64,000 nucleotides of DNA from Candidatus Methylaffinis lahnbergensis (GTDB taxonomy: Bacteria > Pseudomonadota > Alphaproteobacteria > Rhizobiales > Beijerinckiaceae): positions 39,610 to 103,609 of the forward strand of contig PEFW01000001.1 in NCBI GenBank assembly GCA_002890675.1. The letters run 5' to 3'. The translations under genes were made by a program, and so were the position numbers. Of the stretch, positions 43,405 through 53,700 are shown piece after piece. Numbering within the stretch: position 1 is the first letter of the stretch; each line of letters begins with the position of its first letter. Below the pieces are notes generated by a model. It searched no databases. It saw only the letters and a program-made list of their open reading frames with translations, and had not been told where the DNA came from.

Positions 43405-45114
43405 ATGGAATCCCGGTACGCACTATTTGCCTTGTATGCGCTCGGCGCGGCTGTGCTGGCGGCGTCTCTCGCGAAATTGAAGGCGAAGCTGGAGTTGACG
43501 AAGGCGACGCAGTGGTCGCTGGCAGGGAACGTCTGGATCGCGCGACGGATAGCGTCGCTTATCCCGTTCTACGATTATGATGAAGAGCAGTTCTTCCGCA
43601 CGGACAGTCCGCCGGACGAGATCGCCGCGCGCCGCCGCGCCGGATTCATGCGCCTCTCCAATCTCTGCCGTGAACAATTCGCAAAGACGGACCAGTTCAC
43701 GGCCGAGGTCAAGGACAGCATTTCCGACCTTCAATTCACCGAAGCCTATCGGGCGCCGTTCCAATTCCGCCGCTTGGTCCGCGAATACCTCGACGCCGGC
43801 GCGGTCGTCCTGTCGTCGTCCGGAGTGACTCTCACCGATCTGGACGGCAATTGCTTCTACGATCTGACCGGCTCCTACGGCGTCAACGTCTTCGGCAATG
43901 ATTTCTACAAGGAGTGCATAGAACGGGGCTGTCAACGCGTGCGCGAACTCGGCCCGGTCCTCGGCAGCTATCATCCGGCGATCGCCTACAACGTCAAACG
44001 TCTCAAAGAGATTTCCGGACAGGATGAAGTGTCGTTTCACATGTCCGGAACGGAGGCGGTCATGCAGGCGGTGCGGCTCGCGCGCTACCACACCCGCCGG
44101 TCTCATCTGGTGCGGTTCTGCGGCGCCTATCACGGATGGTGGGGCGACGTCCAACCGGGCGTCGGCAACCCCGTGCCGGCGCATGAAACCTATACTTTGA
44201 AAGAGATGTCCCGCGACACGTTGCGCGTGCTGCGCAGTCGCCGCGACATTGCGTGCGTCCTTGTCAATCCGTTGCAGGCGCTCCATCCGAATGCGGCCGC
44301 GCCTTCGGATTCCTCGCTGGTCGATGGCGCCCGAAGCTCCCACTTCGACAAAGAAGCGTATCGTGTTTGGCTGCAGCGCCTGCGCGCGGTCTGCACAGAG
44401 CGCAAGATAGTGCTGATTTTCGACGAGGTCTTCAGCGGCTTCCGCCTCGCGCTCGGCGGGGCGCAAGAATATTTCGGCGTTCGAGCCGACATTGTCACGT
44501 ACGGGAAGACTCTCGCGGGCGGCCTCCCGATAGGAGTGGTCTGCGGCCGCAGGGACCTGATGAAGCGCTACCGCGACGATCGCCCGGTGGATGTCTGCTT
44601 TGCCCGCGGGACTTTCAACTCCCATCCCTATGTCATGGGGACTATGCACGAGTTCTTGGAGCGGATCGATAGCCCGAAAATCCGTGAGTTGTACCTTAAT
44701 GTGGATCCGGTGTGGAATGGCCGGGCGGACCGGTTCAACCAGCGCATGCACGACGAGGGCCTACCCGTGCAGATAGCTAATATTTCGTCTATTTGGAGTG
44801 TCTTTTTCACGCAGCCGTCGCGATACAACTGGATGTTTCAATACTACCTGCGCGCCGAAGGATTGGCGCTGAGTTGGACTGGAACGGGGCGCGTCATCTT
44901 CAGTTTGAATTACACGGATGCCGACTTCGAAGCAGTCACGAATCGCTACATGGCCGCTGGCAAGGCAATGCAGCAGGACGGTTGGTGGTGGTCCGATCCC
45001 TTGGCGACCAACAAATCAATCAAGCGCCATATACAGCGCGAGATGATCGCCCACCGTTTCATAAGGAATCTTCATCGCTCCGGCGACCGGTCGATGCCAG
45101 AGTCGCAATCCTAG
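43405..45114 (+). CDS. Class III PLP aminotransferase (GSA-aminomutase-like) with an N-terminal hydrophobic extension
   Basis: FYDLTGSYGVN, SFHMSGTEAVMQAVRLAR, YHGWW, LIFDEVFSGFR, IVTYGKTLAGGLP (PLP Lys), GTFNSHP; 569 aa. Confidence 0.88.
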   Translation: MESRYALFALYALGAAVLAASLAKLKAKLELTKATQWSLAGNVWIARRIASLIPFYDYDEEQFFRTDSPPDEIAARRRAGFMRLSNLCREQFAKTDQFTAEVKDSISDLQFTEAYRAPFQFRRLVREYLDAGAVVLSSSGVTLTDLDGNCFYDLTGSYGVNVFGNDFYKECIERGCQRVRELGPVLGSYHPAIAYNVKRLKEISGQDEVSFHMSGTEAVMQAVRLARYHTRRSHLVRFCGAYHGWWGDVQPGVGNPVPAHETYTLKEMSRDTLRVLRSRRDIACVLVNPLQALHPNAAAPSDSSLVDGARSSHFDKEAYRVWLQRLRAVCTERKIVLIFDEVFSGFRLALGGAQEYFGVRADIVTYGKTLAGGLPIGVVCGRRDLMKRYRDDRPVDVCFARGTFNSHPYVMGTMHEFLERIDSPKIRELYLNVDPVWNGRADRFNQRMHDEGLPVQIANISSIWSVFFTQPSRYNWMFQYYLRAEGLALSWTGTGRVIFSLNYTDADFEAVTNRYMAAGKAMQQDGWWWSDPLATNKSIKRHIQREMIAHRFIRNLHRSGDRSMPESQS

Positions 45115-45129
45115 CCGCATAAATGCCGT

Positions 45130-47760
45130 TCAGGTGTCATGGAGTCGATGCCTGTCGGAAGACTGGAGCATGTTCGTCAAAGCCCGCGAGGTTCCGCTCC
45201 GGACTATGTGGTCGCGCTCCGCATCCACTTGGTCGAGCAAAGACCGCAGATGTTCGGCGGTCCGGTCAGCCCCCTCGCCTTGGAACAGATCCACGTGCCA
45301 GCCGGGGACCCGGTGAACGAAAAACCTGCCCTTGACGAGATCGGACCAGCCCATCTTCGGGTCGGCAAAACGGGTCACGACATGGTCGCTTTGCAACACC
45401 ACCACGTTGCCAACCGATGCCGATGCCTGGTAGCGGAAGCACGCTTCTTCGAGATTGGACAGGAACCACTGGTTGGCCCAGTCATCAATGACCAGCTTCG
45501 CCTGGTTGAGCTTTGCCCGGCTGATGAGGTACAGTGCGGCGGCCAAGTCCATAATCCTGCTCTGGCGCACCAGTTTGTAGGATACAAGAAACTCCACCAG
45601 CGTCTGCTTACCGCTTAAAAGGAGTCCGCATTTATGCTCAAGTGAGTGCAACCGGTTGGACCAGCGGAACAGATAACGCCGGACGAACGGAAGGCGGCGC
45701 TTGCTATAGCCTGGCAGCCAGCTGTCGGCCATCACGACCAGTGGAACCGACTCTCCGGCCTGTCTCAATTGCTGCGCCGCTACATAGGCGATGACTCCCG
45801 CTACACAAAATCCAAATAGGATATAGGGACCGTGCGGCCGCGCCTCGCGGATAAGGCGCACATAATCGGCCGCGATCTCCTCCATGTCGCGGCGGGGCAA
45901 TTCACGAGGATTGCTCGGATCAAACAGCTGAACGCCAAGAAACGGCCGATCCGTTCCAATCCTTCGCGCGAGATTATAATAGATCATCGTATTGTTGATG
46001 GAGATAATTGGCGTCTTGTCGCCGCGCGGTTGAATCTCGACAATGCTCCATGGTTCCAGCGGCGTTTCGATCCTGAACACATGGGCTGTGAACTCTCGCA
46101 CGGTCGGCGCCTGAAAAAGGGTCATGACATTGATTTTGACGCCAAAGGTGCTCGCGACCTTGGTCATGAGCCGCATGGCCATCAAAGAATGCCCGCCGAG
46201 CTCGAAGAAATTCGACGTGAGGTCAATTTCCGGTACTTGAAGGACATCCCGCCAGATCGCCATCATCCTTGTTTCGGCATCGGCCGGCTTTGCGCGAGAC
46301 AATGGACTTGGCGCCGGGGGAGAGAACATGTTTGCAGCCAAATCGCCGCCAGTTTGGCACGGCTCACTCCTATCTCGAACAGGCTGCGCAAAGGTGGACA
46401 ATCTTGCCTTGGGATTGAAAATGGCGAGCTCGAAACATGTCATCAGGAATTCGAGCATGCCTTCGACCGTTGTTCTTTCGTAGAGGCCGGTGTTGAATTC
46501 CACCGCCAGCCGCCAGCCGCTTGGCCAATGGACCAAGAAGAAATTGAGATCGTAGAGCGAGCCAGCGGACAGCGAAGGTTGTCCCGTGAGTTCGAAGCCG
46601 CCGTAACTTCTGTGTTCCATGACATCGCGCAACACATTGAAATCGATACAGATCAGCGGCGTGCGTTTGGGATCGCGCGGGGGATTGAGAAGTTCGACCA
46701 ATCTGTGGAACGGCATGTGGGGGTGGATCAATGCCTCTTGAATTGTTCCGTTCACCCGGGCCAGGAATTCCTCGAAGGTTGGGTCTTTCGACGCATCGAA
46801 CCTCAGCACCAGATTATTGAGAAAGACACCGATCATGTTCTCAAGATCCGGATCGTCGCGTCCGGCGATCTGGGTCCCGAATATGACGTCCGTGCGGCCG
46901 CTGTAGCGGTGCAGCATCGCCGCAGTCACGGCGCAGCCAAAACTGAACAATGTAAGATTGTGCTTGCGCGCGGCTTCTTCCAATTTGTCGCCGAGCGCCA
47001 ACGGCATCATGACCGCGAGAATCTCTCCGCCGTGGTTTGGTTGAGAGGGGCGCTCACGATCTGGACAAATTTCGAAATATGGCGCTCCCGCCAGCTTGTT
47101 TTTCCAATAAGCGGTCTCCGCCTCAAAGCTGCTGCTGGCGAAATATTCCTTCTGCCAGAGGCAATAGTCGCCATATTGCAGCGGCGGCTCCGGAAGATCG
47201 TGAGGTCGCTTGGCGTCGAGCGCCGCGGCGATTGTGCCAAACTCATGGGCGAGATTACGAATCGACCAGCCATCGAAGACAATCTGATGGACAGTCACGA
47301 GCAAGACCCCATGATCGGCGGACAGGCGCAGCAAGGTCGCCCGGATCAGCGGCAATTGTCCAATGTCGAACGGCACGTGCGCCTCGCGGCGGCCCAACGC
47401 AATGGCTTCATCGGGCCGCTTTTCCTCGGGAATGACGGTCAAATCGACAACGGACAAATGGAAATCGAGGTGGCTGGCTACCTCCTGCATGGGTTCGCCG
47501 TCCTTATCGATGAACCTCGTGCGCAGGATCTCGTGACGGTCGACGATCGTCTGAAAGGCTTGTTCGATCGTCGAAGCGTCGAATCTCCCCTTGAGCTCCC
47601 AACGCAGGGCGATGTTGAGAACCGAACCTCCGGGGTTTAGCGCATGGATGAACCAGCATCGCTGCTGCGACGACGACAAGGGAAATAACAGTTCTTCACG
47701 CGGCTTCGTCTCCGAACCAGGCAAGCTAGGAACGCCCTCCATAATCATCTCGATTGTCAT
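45130..47760 (-). CDS. NRPS terminal protein: non-canonical C - T - Cys-type TE, no A domain
   Basis: C motifs LSSSQQRCW, RHEILRT, VHQIVFDG; T motif FFELGGHSL; TE motifs PYILFGFCVAG, VMADSW, VPGWH. Confidence 0.9.
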   Translation of the reverse strand: MTIEMIMEGVPSLPGSETKPREELLFPLSSSQQRCWFIHALNPGGSVLNIALRWELKGRFDASTIEQAFQTIVDRHEILRTRFIDKDGEPMQEVASHLDFHLSVVDLTVIPEEKRPDEAIALGRREAHVPFDIGQLPLIRATLLRLSADHGVLLVTVHQIVFDGWSIRNLAHEFGTIAAALDAKRPHDLPEPPLQYGDYCLWQKEYFASSSFEAETAYWKNKLAGAPYFEICPDRERPSQPNHGGEILAVMMPLALGDKLEEAARKHNLTLFSFGCAVTAAMLHRYSGRTDVIFGTQIAGRDDPDLENMIGVFLNNLVLRFDASKDPTFEEFLARVNGTIQEALIHPHMPFHRLVELLNPPRDPKRTPLICIDFNVLRDVMEHRSYGGFELTGQPSLSAGSLYDLNFFLVHWPSGWRLAVEFNTGLYERTTVEGMLEFLMTCFELAIFNPKARLSTFAQPVRDRSEPCQTGGDLAANMFSPPAPSPLSRAKPADAETRMMAIWRDVLQVPEIDLTSNFFELGGHSLMAMRLMTKVASTFGVKINVMTLFQAPTVREFTAHVFRIETPLEPWSIVEIQPRGDKTPIISINNTMIYYNLARRIGTDRPFLGVQLFDPSNPRELPRRDMEEIAADYVRLIREARPHGPYILFGFCVAGVIAYVAAQQLRQAGESVPLVVMADSWLPGYSKRRLPFVRRYLFRWSNRLHSLEHKCGLLLSGKQTLVEFLVSYKLVRQSRIMDLAAALYLISRAKLNQAKLVIDDWANQWFLSNLEEACFRYQASASVGNVVVLQSDHVVTRFADPKMGWSDLVKGRFFVHRVPGWHVDLFQGEGADRTAEHLRSLLDQVDAERDHIVRSGTSRALTNMLQSSDRHRLHDT

Positions 47761-50700
47761 CTCGATGCACCCGAGCGGCGCCTGAAACTTTGCAATGAAG
47801 GCGCCGTATTGACTGGCGCGAGCATCGATTCCTCCGGCAGGTCATTCGCGGCCCGCGCCAATTCGGCGATAGTCGGATGCCGCATCAGCTGGGCCGCACC
47901 GAGGTCGAGGCCCTGTTCCCGCATCCGCGCCGCGATGCGGAACAGGTCGATGGAATCCGCCCCTAGCGCGAAAAAATTATCGTGTATGCCAATCTCGCTA
48001 GTTCGCAGAACTTCGCCCCAAATCGCGGCGAGCTTGGCTTCGAGGGGTGTCTGGGGTGGCGCAATGACTCGCTCCGGTAACGCCTGTGCGGGATCGGGTC
48101 GCGGCAGCGCCTTGCGGTCGATCTTGCCGTTCTGTGTACGGGGTAGCGCGTCGAGACGCAAGATCTGCGCTGGGACCATGTAATCCGGCAATTCCTCGCG
48201 CAATTTCGTTCGCAGCCCGCCCACGCTCTCGATGGTGCCATCGGGCGCCGCGATATAGCCGACTAGATCGTCGCCGTGCAAACCGGCGGCCGTTTCCGGG
48301 CGGCCGGAAACGCGCCGCAGCGCATCTTCGACATCGCCAAGTTCAATGCGAAAACCGCGCAACTTGATTTGGCTATCGGCGCGTCCGAGCAGTTCGAAGC
48401 GCCCGTTCGCTAGATAGCGTGCGCGATCGCCAGTGCGATAGAGGCGCCCGTTCGTGCCGCTGGAAAACGGATTTTCCGTGAAGCTTTGCTTGGTGAGCGC
48501 TTGATTTTTATGATATCCTCGCGCTAGTCCCGCGCCGGCGATGCAAAGCTCTCCAGCGGCCCCGATTGCCGCCGTATTTCCCGCCGCGTCAAGGATATAC
48601 ATCCTTGTGTTCGCGATCGGACGGCCGAAATCGATAGCGCCGCCGTTTTGCCGTTCCGCCAGCGACCAGATCGTCGTTTCGGTCGGTCCGTACATGTTCC
48701 ACAGTTCGCCCGATCCGAGATCCTGGGCGAGTTTCCGGTCGAGCGTCTCGCCGCCGCACAGGATTTTGAGCCCCTTCGGATTGAGCCCCGCTTCCAGCAA
48801 TAGCCGCCATAGGGCCGGGGTGGCCTGCATCATCGTCGTCCCTGTGCGGATGATCAGCGCGGCGAGGGAAAACGGGTCCATGACATCGGCCCGGCTCGCG
48901 ATCGCGAGCTCGGCGCCGGCCGTCAGCGGCAGGAAGATTTCAAGAGCGGCAATGTCGAAGCATGGCGTCGTTACGGCGAGGAAGACATCGGCGGCGCCAA
49001 TGCCGGGCGACTGCCGCATCGCGGTCAGGAGGTTCACGACCGGGCGATGCTCGATATCGATGCCCTTTGGCCGGCCCGTCGAACCGGAGGTGAAGATGCG
49101 ATAAGCGAGATCTTCCTGGCGGACGCGCGGAAGAGGCGGCAGTTGTTCTTCGCCCAAGTCCGCGCTGGTTTCTCCAATGCCGATGCAAACCGGGATTGCC
49201 GCCTTGATGCCGTCCTCGAGCGTTGCCGACGTCAAAGCGATCCTAACATCGGCCTCGGAGACGATCGCGTGGATGCGCGCGGGCGGATAGATCGGATCGA
49301 GCGGAACATAGGCGCCGCCCGCCTTGAGGACGGCGAGCATGGCGACAACCAGCTCCGCCGAGCGGTCGAGATAAATCGCGACCGGCGTTTCGCGGGCGAC
49401 CCCGGCGGAAAGCAAGCGCCACGCCACACGATCCGCGCGCATGATAAGTTCGCGATAGGTGAGGGTAGTGTCTTCGAAGCGGACCGCGACGGCGTCTGGA
49501 GTAGCCGCCGCCTGCAAATCGATCAACTCGTGAATGGCGAATTCCGGGATGGGATAATCCGGCCCCGCAAGAGCGGAGCGCAGCGTGTTCTCCTCCGCCC
49601 GCGTCAGCATAGGCAGCCGCAAGGCCTCCCTGTCCATGTCGCCGGCGACGGCTTCGAGCAGCGTCCGGTAATGGCCGATCCAACGCGCGATGGTCGAGCT
49701 GTCGAACAGATCTGTGCTGTAATCGCAATCAATGATAAGGCCGCTGTCTTCCGCGACGACATTGAAGAACAAATCGAAATTCACAAAACGCTTGGGATTG
49801 GCGTCGGTCGAGACGGCGAGATCCTGGAAGGGAAGATTTTGCCCGATCCGCTCCAAATTGAACTGCGCTTCGATCAAGGGGAGCCGGTTGATCTCCCGCG
49901 GAATGTCGAGCGCCCGGACGAGGGACCCGAAAGTGTAGCTTTGATGATCGGCCGCATCGAGAAGAAGCTGCTGGGTCTTGCGCGCGGCTTCGAGGAAAGT
50001 GACGCCGTTTGGGAACTCGCCTCGCAACGGCAGGAAGTTGACGCAATGGCCAACAAGAGGCCCTTCGCCGTGCAAACTCTGCCCCGCGGTCGGAATGCCG
50101 GCGACGACGCCGGTTTGTCCGCTCAAGCGGGCAAGCAGCAATTGATAGGCGGTCAACAGCACGGCAAACAAGGTACAGCCATTGCGTGCGGCCGCTTGCT
50201 TCACGCGTTCGTACAGGGAAGCGTCGATTGTCCCGCGCAGCGTATCCCCGCGAAAGCTCTTAAGCGCCGGGCGCGGACGATCGAGCGGCAGGGCCAAGGG
50301 CTCCGGCGGTTGCGCGAATTGTTGCAGCCAATAGGCCTCCGCCTCCGGCTGCACCGCGCCGTGCCGTGCTGCATAGTCGACGAAGCTGTGGGCTTGCGGC
50401 AGGCTTGCGGCGGCTCCGCTCCGGCGGGCCGAATAGAGCGCCCCAAGTTCTTCCAAAAGGATGTTCATCGACCAGCCATCGCAGACGATGTGATGGGCGG
50501 TCAAGATCAGCATATGGCGGTCTTGACCATGGTCCGGCACCAAGGTGAAGCGAATGAGCGGTCCATTGACCAAATCGAAGGGAGTCGAGGCCTCGTTTTC
50601 GATGACATCGGCAAGATGGGTATCAGGAGGCTCCCCCTCGCCGCGCGCGATGGTGAAGGCTAGCGGTGCCGCGGGCATCACGGTAAAGCCATCGCCTACC

Positions 50701-53700
50701 GGCGCGAATCGGATGCGAAGCGCTTCGTGGCGCTGCACCAAATCGCGCGCCGCTTTCCGCAGCGCGTGGGTGTCGAGTTTGCCACGCAAATCGAGAGTAA
50801 CCGATTCGTTGAAGGCGCACGAAGCGGCGTCACCGAGTTGGGCGCTGAGCCAAATTTCCATTTGGCTTTCGGTCAACTGGCCTTGGCGCGCTCCGGCTGA
50901 ATCCGCCGTCCGTCCGAACAAGCCCGCGGCCATCATCTGTGCCGAGGCCGCATCGAAAACCGCGACGATTTTCGCGAGATCGGCATCGTCGTGGGCGGTC
51001 GTCAGGAAACACGGGAAGCCTTCCCGGATATGAATGCCCTGTTCGCGCATCAGGTAATAAAAGAGCGATGCGAAATGATATTCGGCGGGGAATTTGACGA
51101 AGAAGATCGAGCCGAAATGATGAATTTCGGCCGGCATGCCGTGGCGCTCGAAGACGGCGTCAAGGTCGTCCACGAGACGTCCGGTACGCTCGGACAAATT
51201 TTCCAGCAGGCTTGGCCCGGCTGCTTTTAGATGCTTCAAAACCGCGGCGGTGGCGGCGAGGGTCAGCGGGTGGCGCACGAACGTGCCGGCGAAGAAGGTC
51301 ACTCCAACGGTCGGATAGGAATCGTCGCCATATTGCCACATGCCGCCGTCGAGAGCGTCCATGAACGCGGCCTTGCCGGCCAAGATGCCGATGGGCATGC
51401 CGCCGCCGGCCACCTTGCCGTAGGTGACAAGATCGGCGCGGATGCCGAACAAGGCTTGTACGCCGCCAGGATGGACGCGGAAGCCAGTAACGATTTCGTC
51501 AAAGATTAAGGCGGTCCCCGCCTTCGCGGTCAGGTCGCGCAACGCCTCCAAGAATTGCCGGGGACGGAAGCCCGGCCGCCGGCTCTGCACGGGTTCGACG
51601 AGGACCGCCGCCAATTCATGGACGTGCTGTTCGAGCCAGGCGAGGCTCTCGGGAGTTGCATAGTCCAGGACGGTGATGTTGGCGATGGATTCGGCCGGAA
51701 TACCCGGAGCGATTGGAAATACCCGCGCAACCCCCTCGCGAACGCCGCCGCGCGCCAAAACTTCGTCGAATTGGCCGTGGTAATCGCCGGCGAAATAGAC
51801 GATGCGGTTGCGTCCGGTCACCGTTCGCGCGATCCGCATCGCCGCCATCACTGCTTCTGATCCGGTGTTGCAAAAGGTCATCCGCTCATTGCCCGTGAGA
51901 TCGCAAAGGAGCTTCGCGACCTCGCCGGCGAGAGGTGTTTGCGGACCCAATTCAAAGCCCTGGTCGATTTGCGCGATGAGCGCTTCACGAACGAATTCGG
52001 GTGCGTGGCCGAAGGCAGTCTGACCAAAGCCGTTCAAGAGATCGATATAAATGTTGCCATCGACATCCCAAAGTTTCGAGCCTTCGGAGCGGACGGTGAC
52101 GATCGGGTAAACGATCTCCTTCCATTCTGGATCGAATCCCGAGGCGACCCGGGGATCGGCAAGGACCGCGCGCGATGCCTGGGTCATGTCCTTGGAACCG
52201 CGCGTGCGCGTTGTGTAGCGTTCGATCAGATCGGCGACGAAACGGCGTTGCCCCGCGTCGAGACCGCCATCGCGCGCTTGCGAGAATGGCTTGAAGGGGC
52301 CAAAGGCCTCGCCGGGTTTTTTCTCCAGAAGCGACTTTGCTTGAAGCGGCGCAGCTGCTTGCGGGGGTTGCCGGACGGCTGGGGCCGCGGCAGCGGCCGC
52401 GGTGACCAAAGGTGCCGCGCCGGCAATCTGCCGCAAGGTATCGAGCTGCCGGTTTATGAGGTCGCTCATGCTGGCGAGCTGCGCCGCCATGACTTGCTCG
52501 ATCCCTTGTCCCGGCAAGGATGCAGCCGCAAAACGGGGTGCGGGGCTTGCGGCTGAAGGAGGCAGAGTGGAACCGGCGTCCACCTGGCTTGTCGCGGCCA
52601 TGGCGGGCTCCGGCTCAAATTCCGTCGCCGTTTGGTTCAGATGCTCGGCCACCGCATCGACCGTTCCAAGTTCGCCCATCATCTGGCGGAAGCTGACGGC
52701 GACATTGAAGCGGGTCTTGATCGCTTGGCTTGCCTGCGTGAGGAACAATGAATCGAAGCCAAGTTCGAGGAAACTTGTCCCGCGCGGCGCGATCGCTACA
52801 TCGATGCCCGAAAGATTTTCGAGCAAAGCCGCCAGTTCGGCCCGGATCGCTGCTTGGCGGTCGGGCATCTCGGGTTGTTGCGCAATTTGGGCAGTGGGGG
52901 TCGGCTGCAATGTTTCGTTCGCCATGGCGGTAATGTGACTTCCTTCAAAAGAAATGACCGCAGCGGGGCTGGCGCTTGTGGAATCTATAAAATAGCGCTT
53001 GCGCTGGAGAGGATAAGTAGGGAGAACGACTCGCCGTCGCGGTGCACCCTCGTGCAACGCATGCCAAACTGGCGCTGCGCCAGCGGCCCACAAGCGCCCG
53101 AGCGTATCGAGAAAGACCGCGTCTGAGTCGCGTTCCTCGGACGCGTCGGGGAGCGACGCGCCGATCAGAGGCGCCCCGCGCATCGCGCCGTTTTGCCGGG
53201 CGAGGCTTGTGAGCGTCCGCCCTGGGCCGACCTCGATCAGGATTGGCGATAATTGTTCGGCGAGGCAGGCGAGTGCCGCGGCGTAGCGCACCGTCTCGCG
53301 GCAATGCCGCGCCCAATAAAGCGGGTCCGTCGCCTGACCGGCCGTTATCCACGTTCCCGACATGGTGGAGACGTAAGGAATGCTGGGGGGCTTGAGAGGA
53401 ATCCGCGCCAAGATCTCTGCTAGCGGTTCGATCACCGGATCGACCATCGCCGAATGAAATGCATGCGAGGTCCGCAACCGCCGCCAGCCGACGCCGCGGG
53501 CGGTTAGCTTCGCCTCGAAGGCGTCGATTGCTGGATGCGGCCCGGAAACAACGCAGACGGCACTGGCGTTGACCGCCGCGATCGAGAGATCGCCGGGCAG
53601 GCAGGCCTTAAGTTCGGGCTCCGCCAGCATGACCGCGAGCATCGCTCCTTCCGGCAGCTCCTGCATCATGGCGCCACGCGCGGCGACTACCTCCAAGGCA

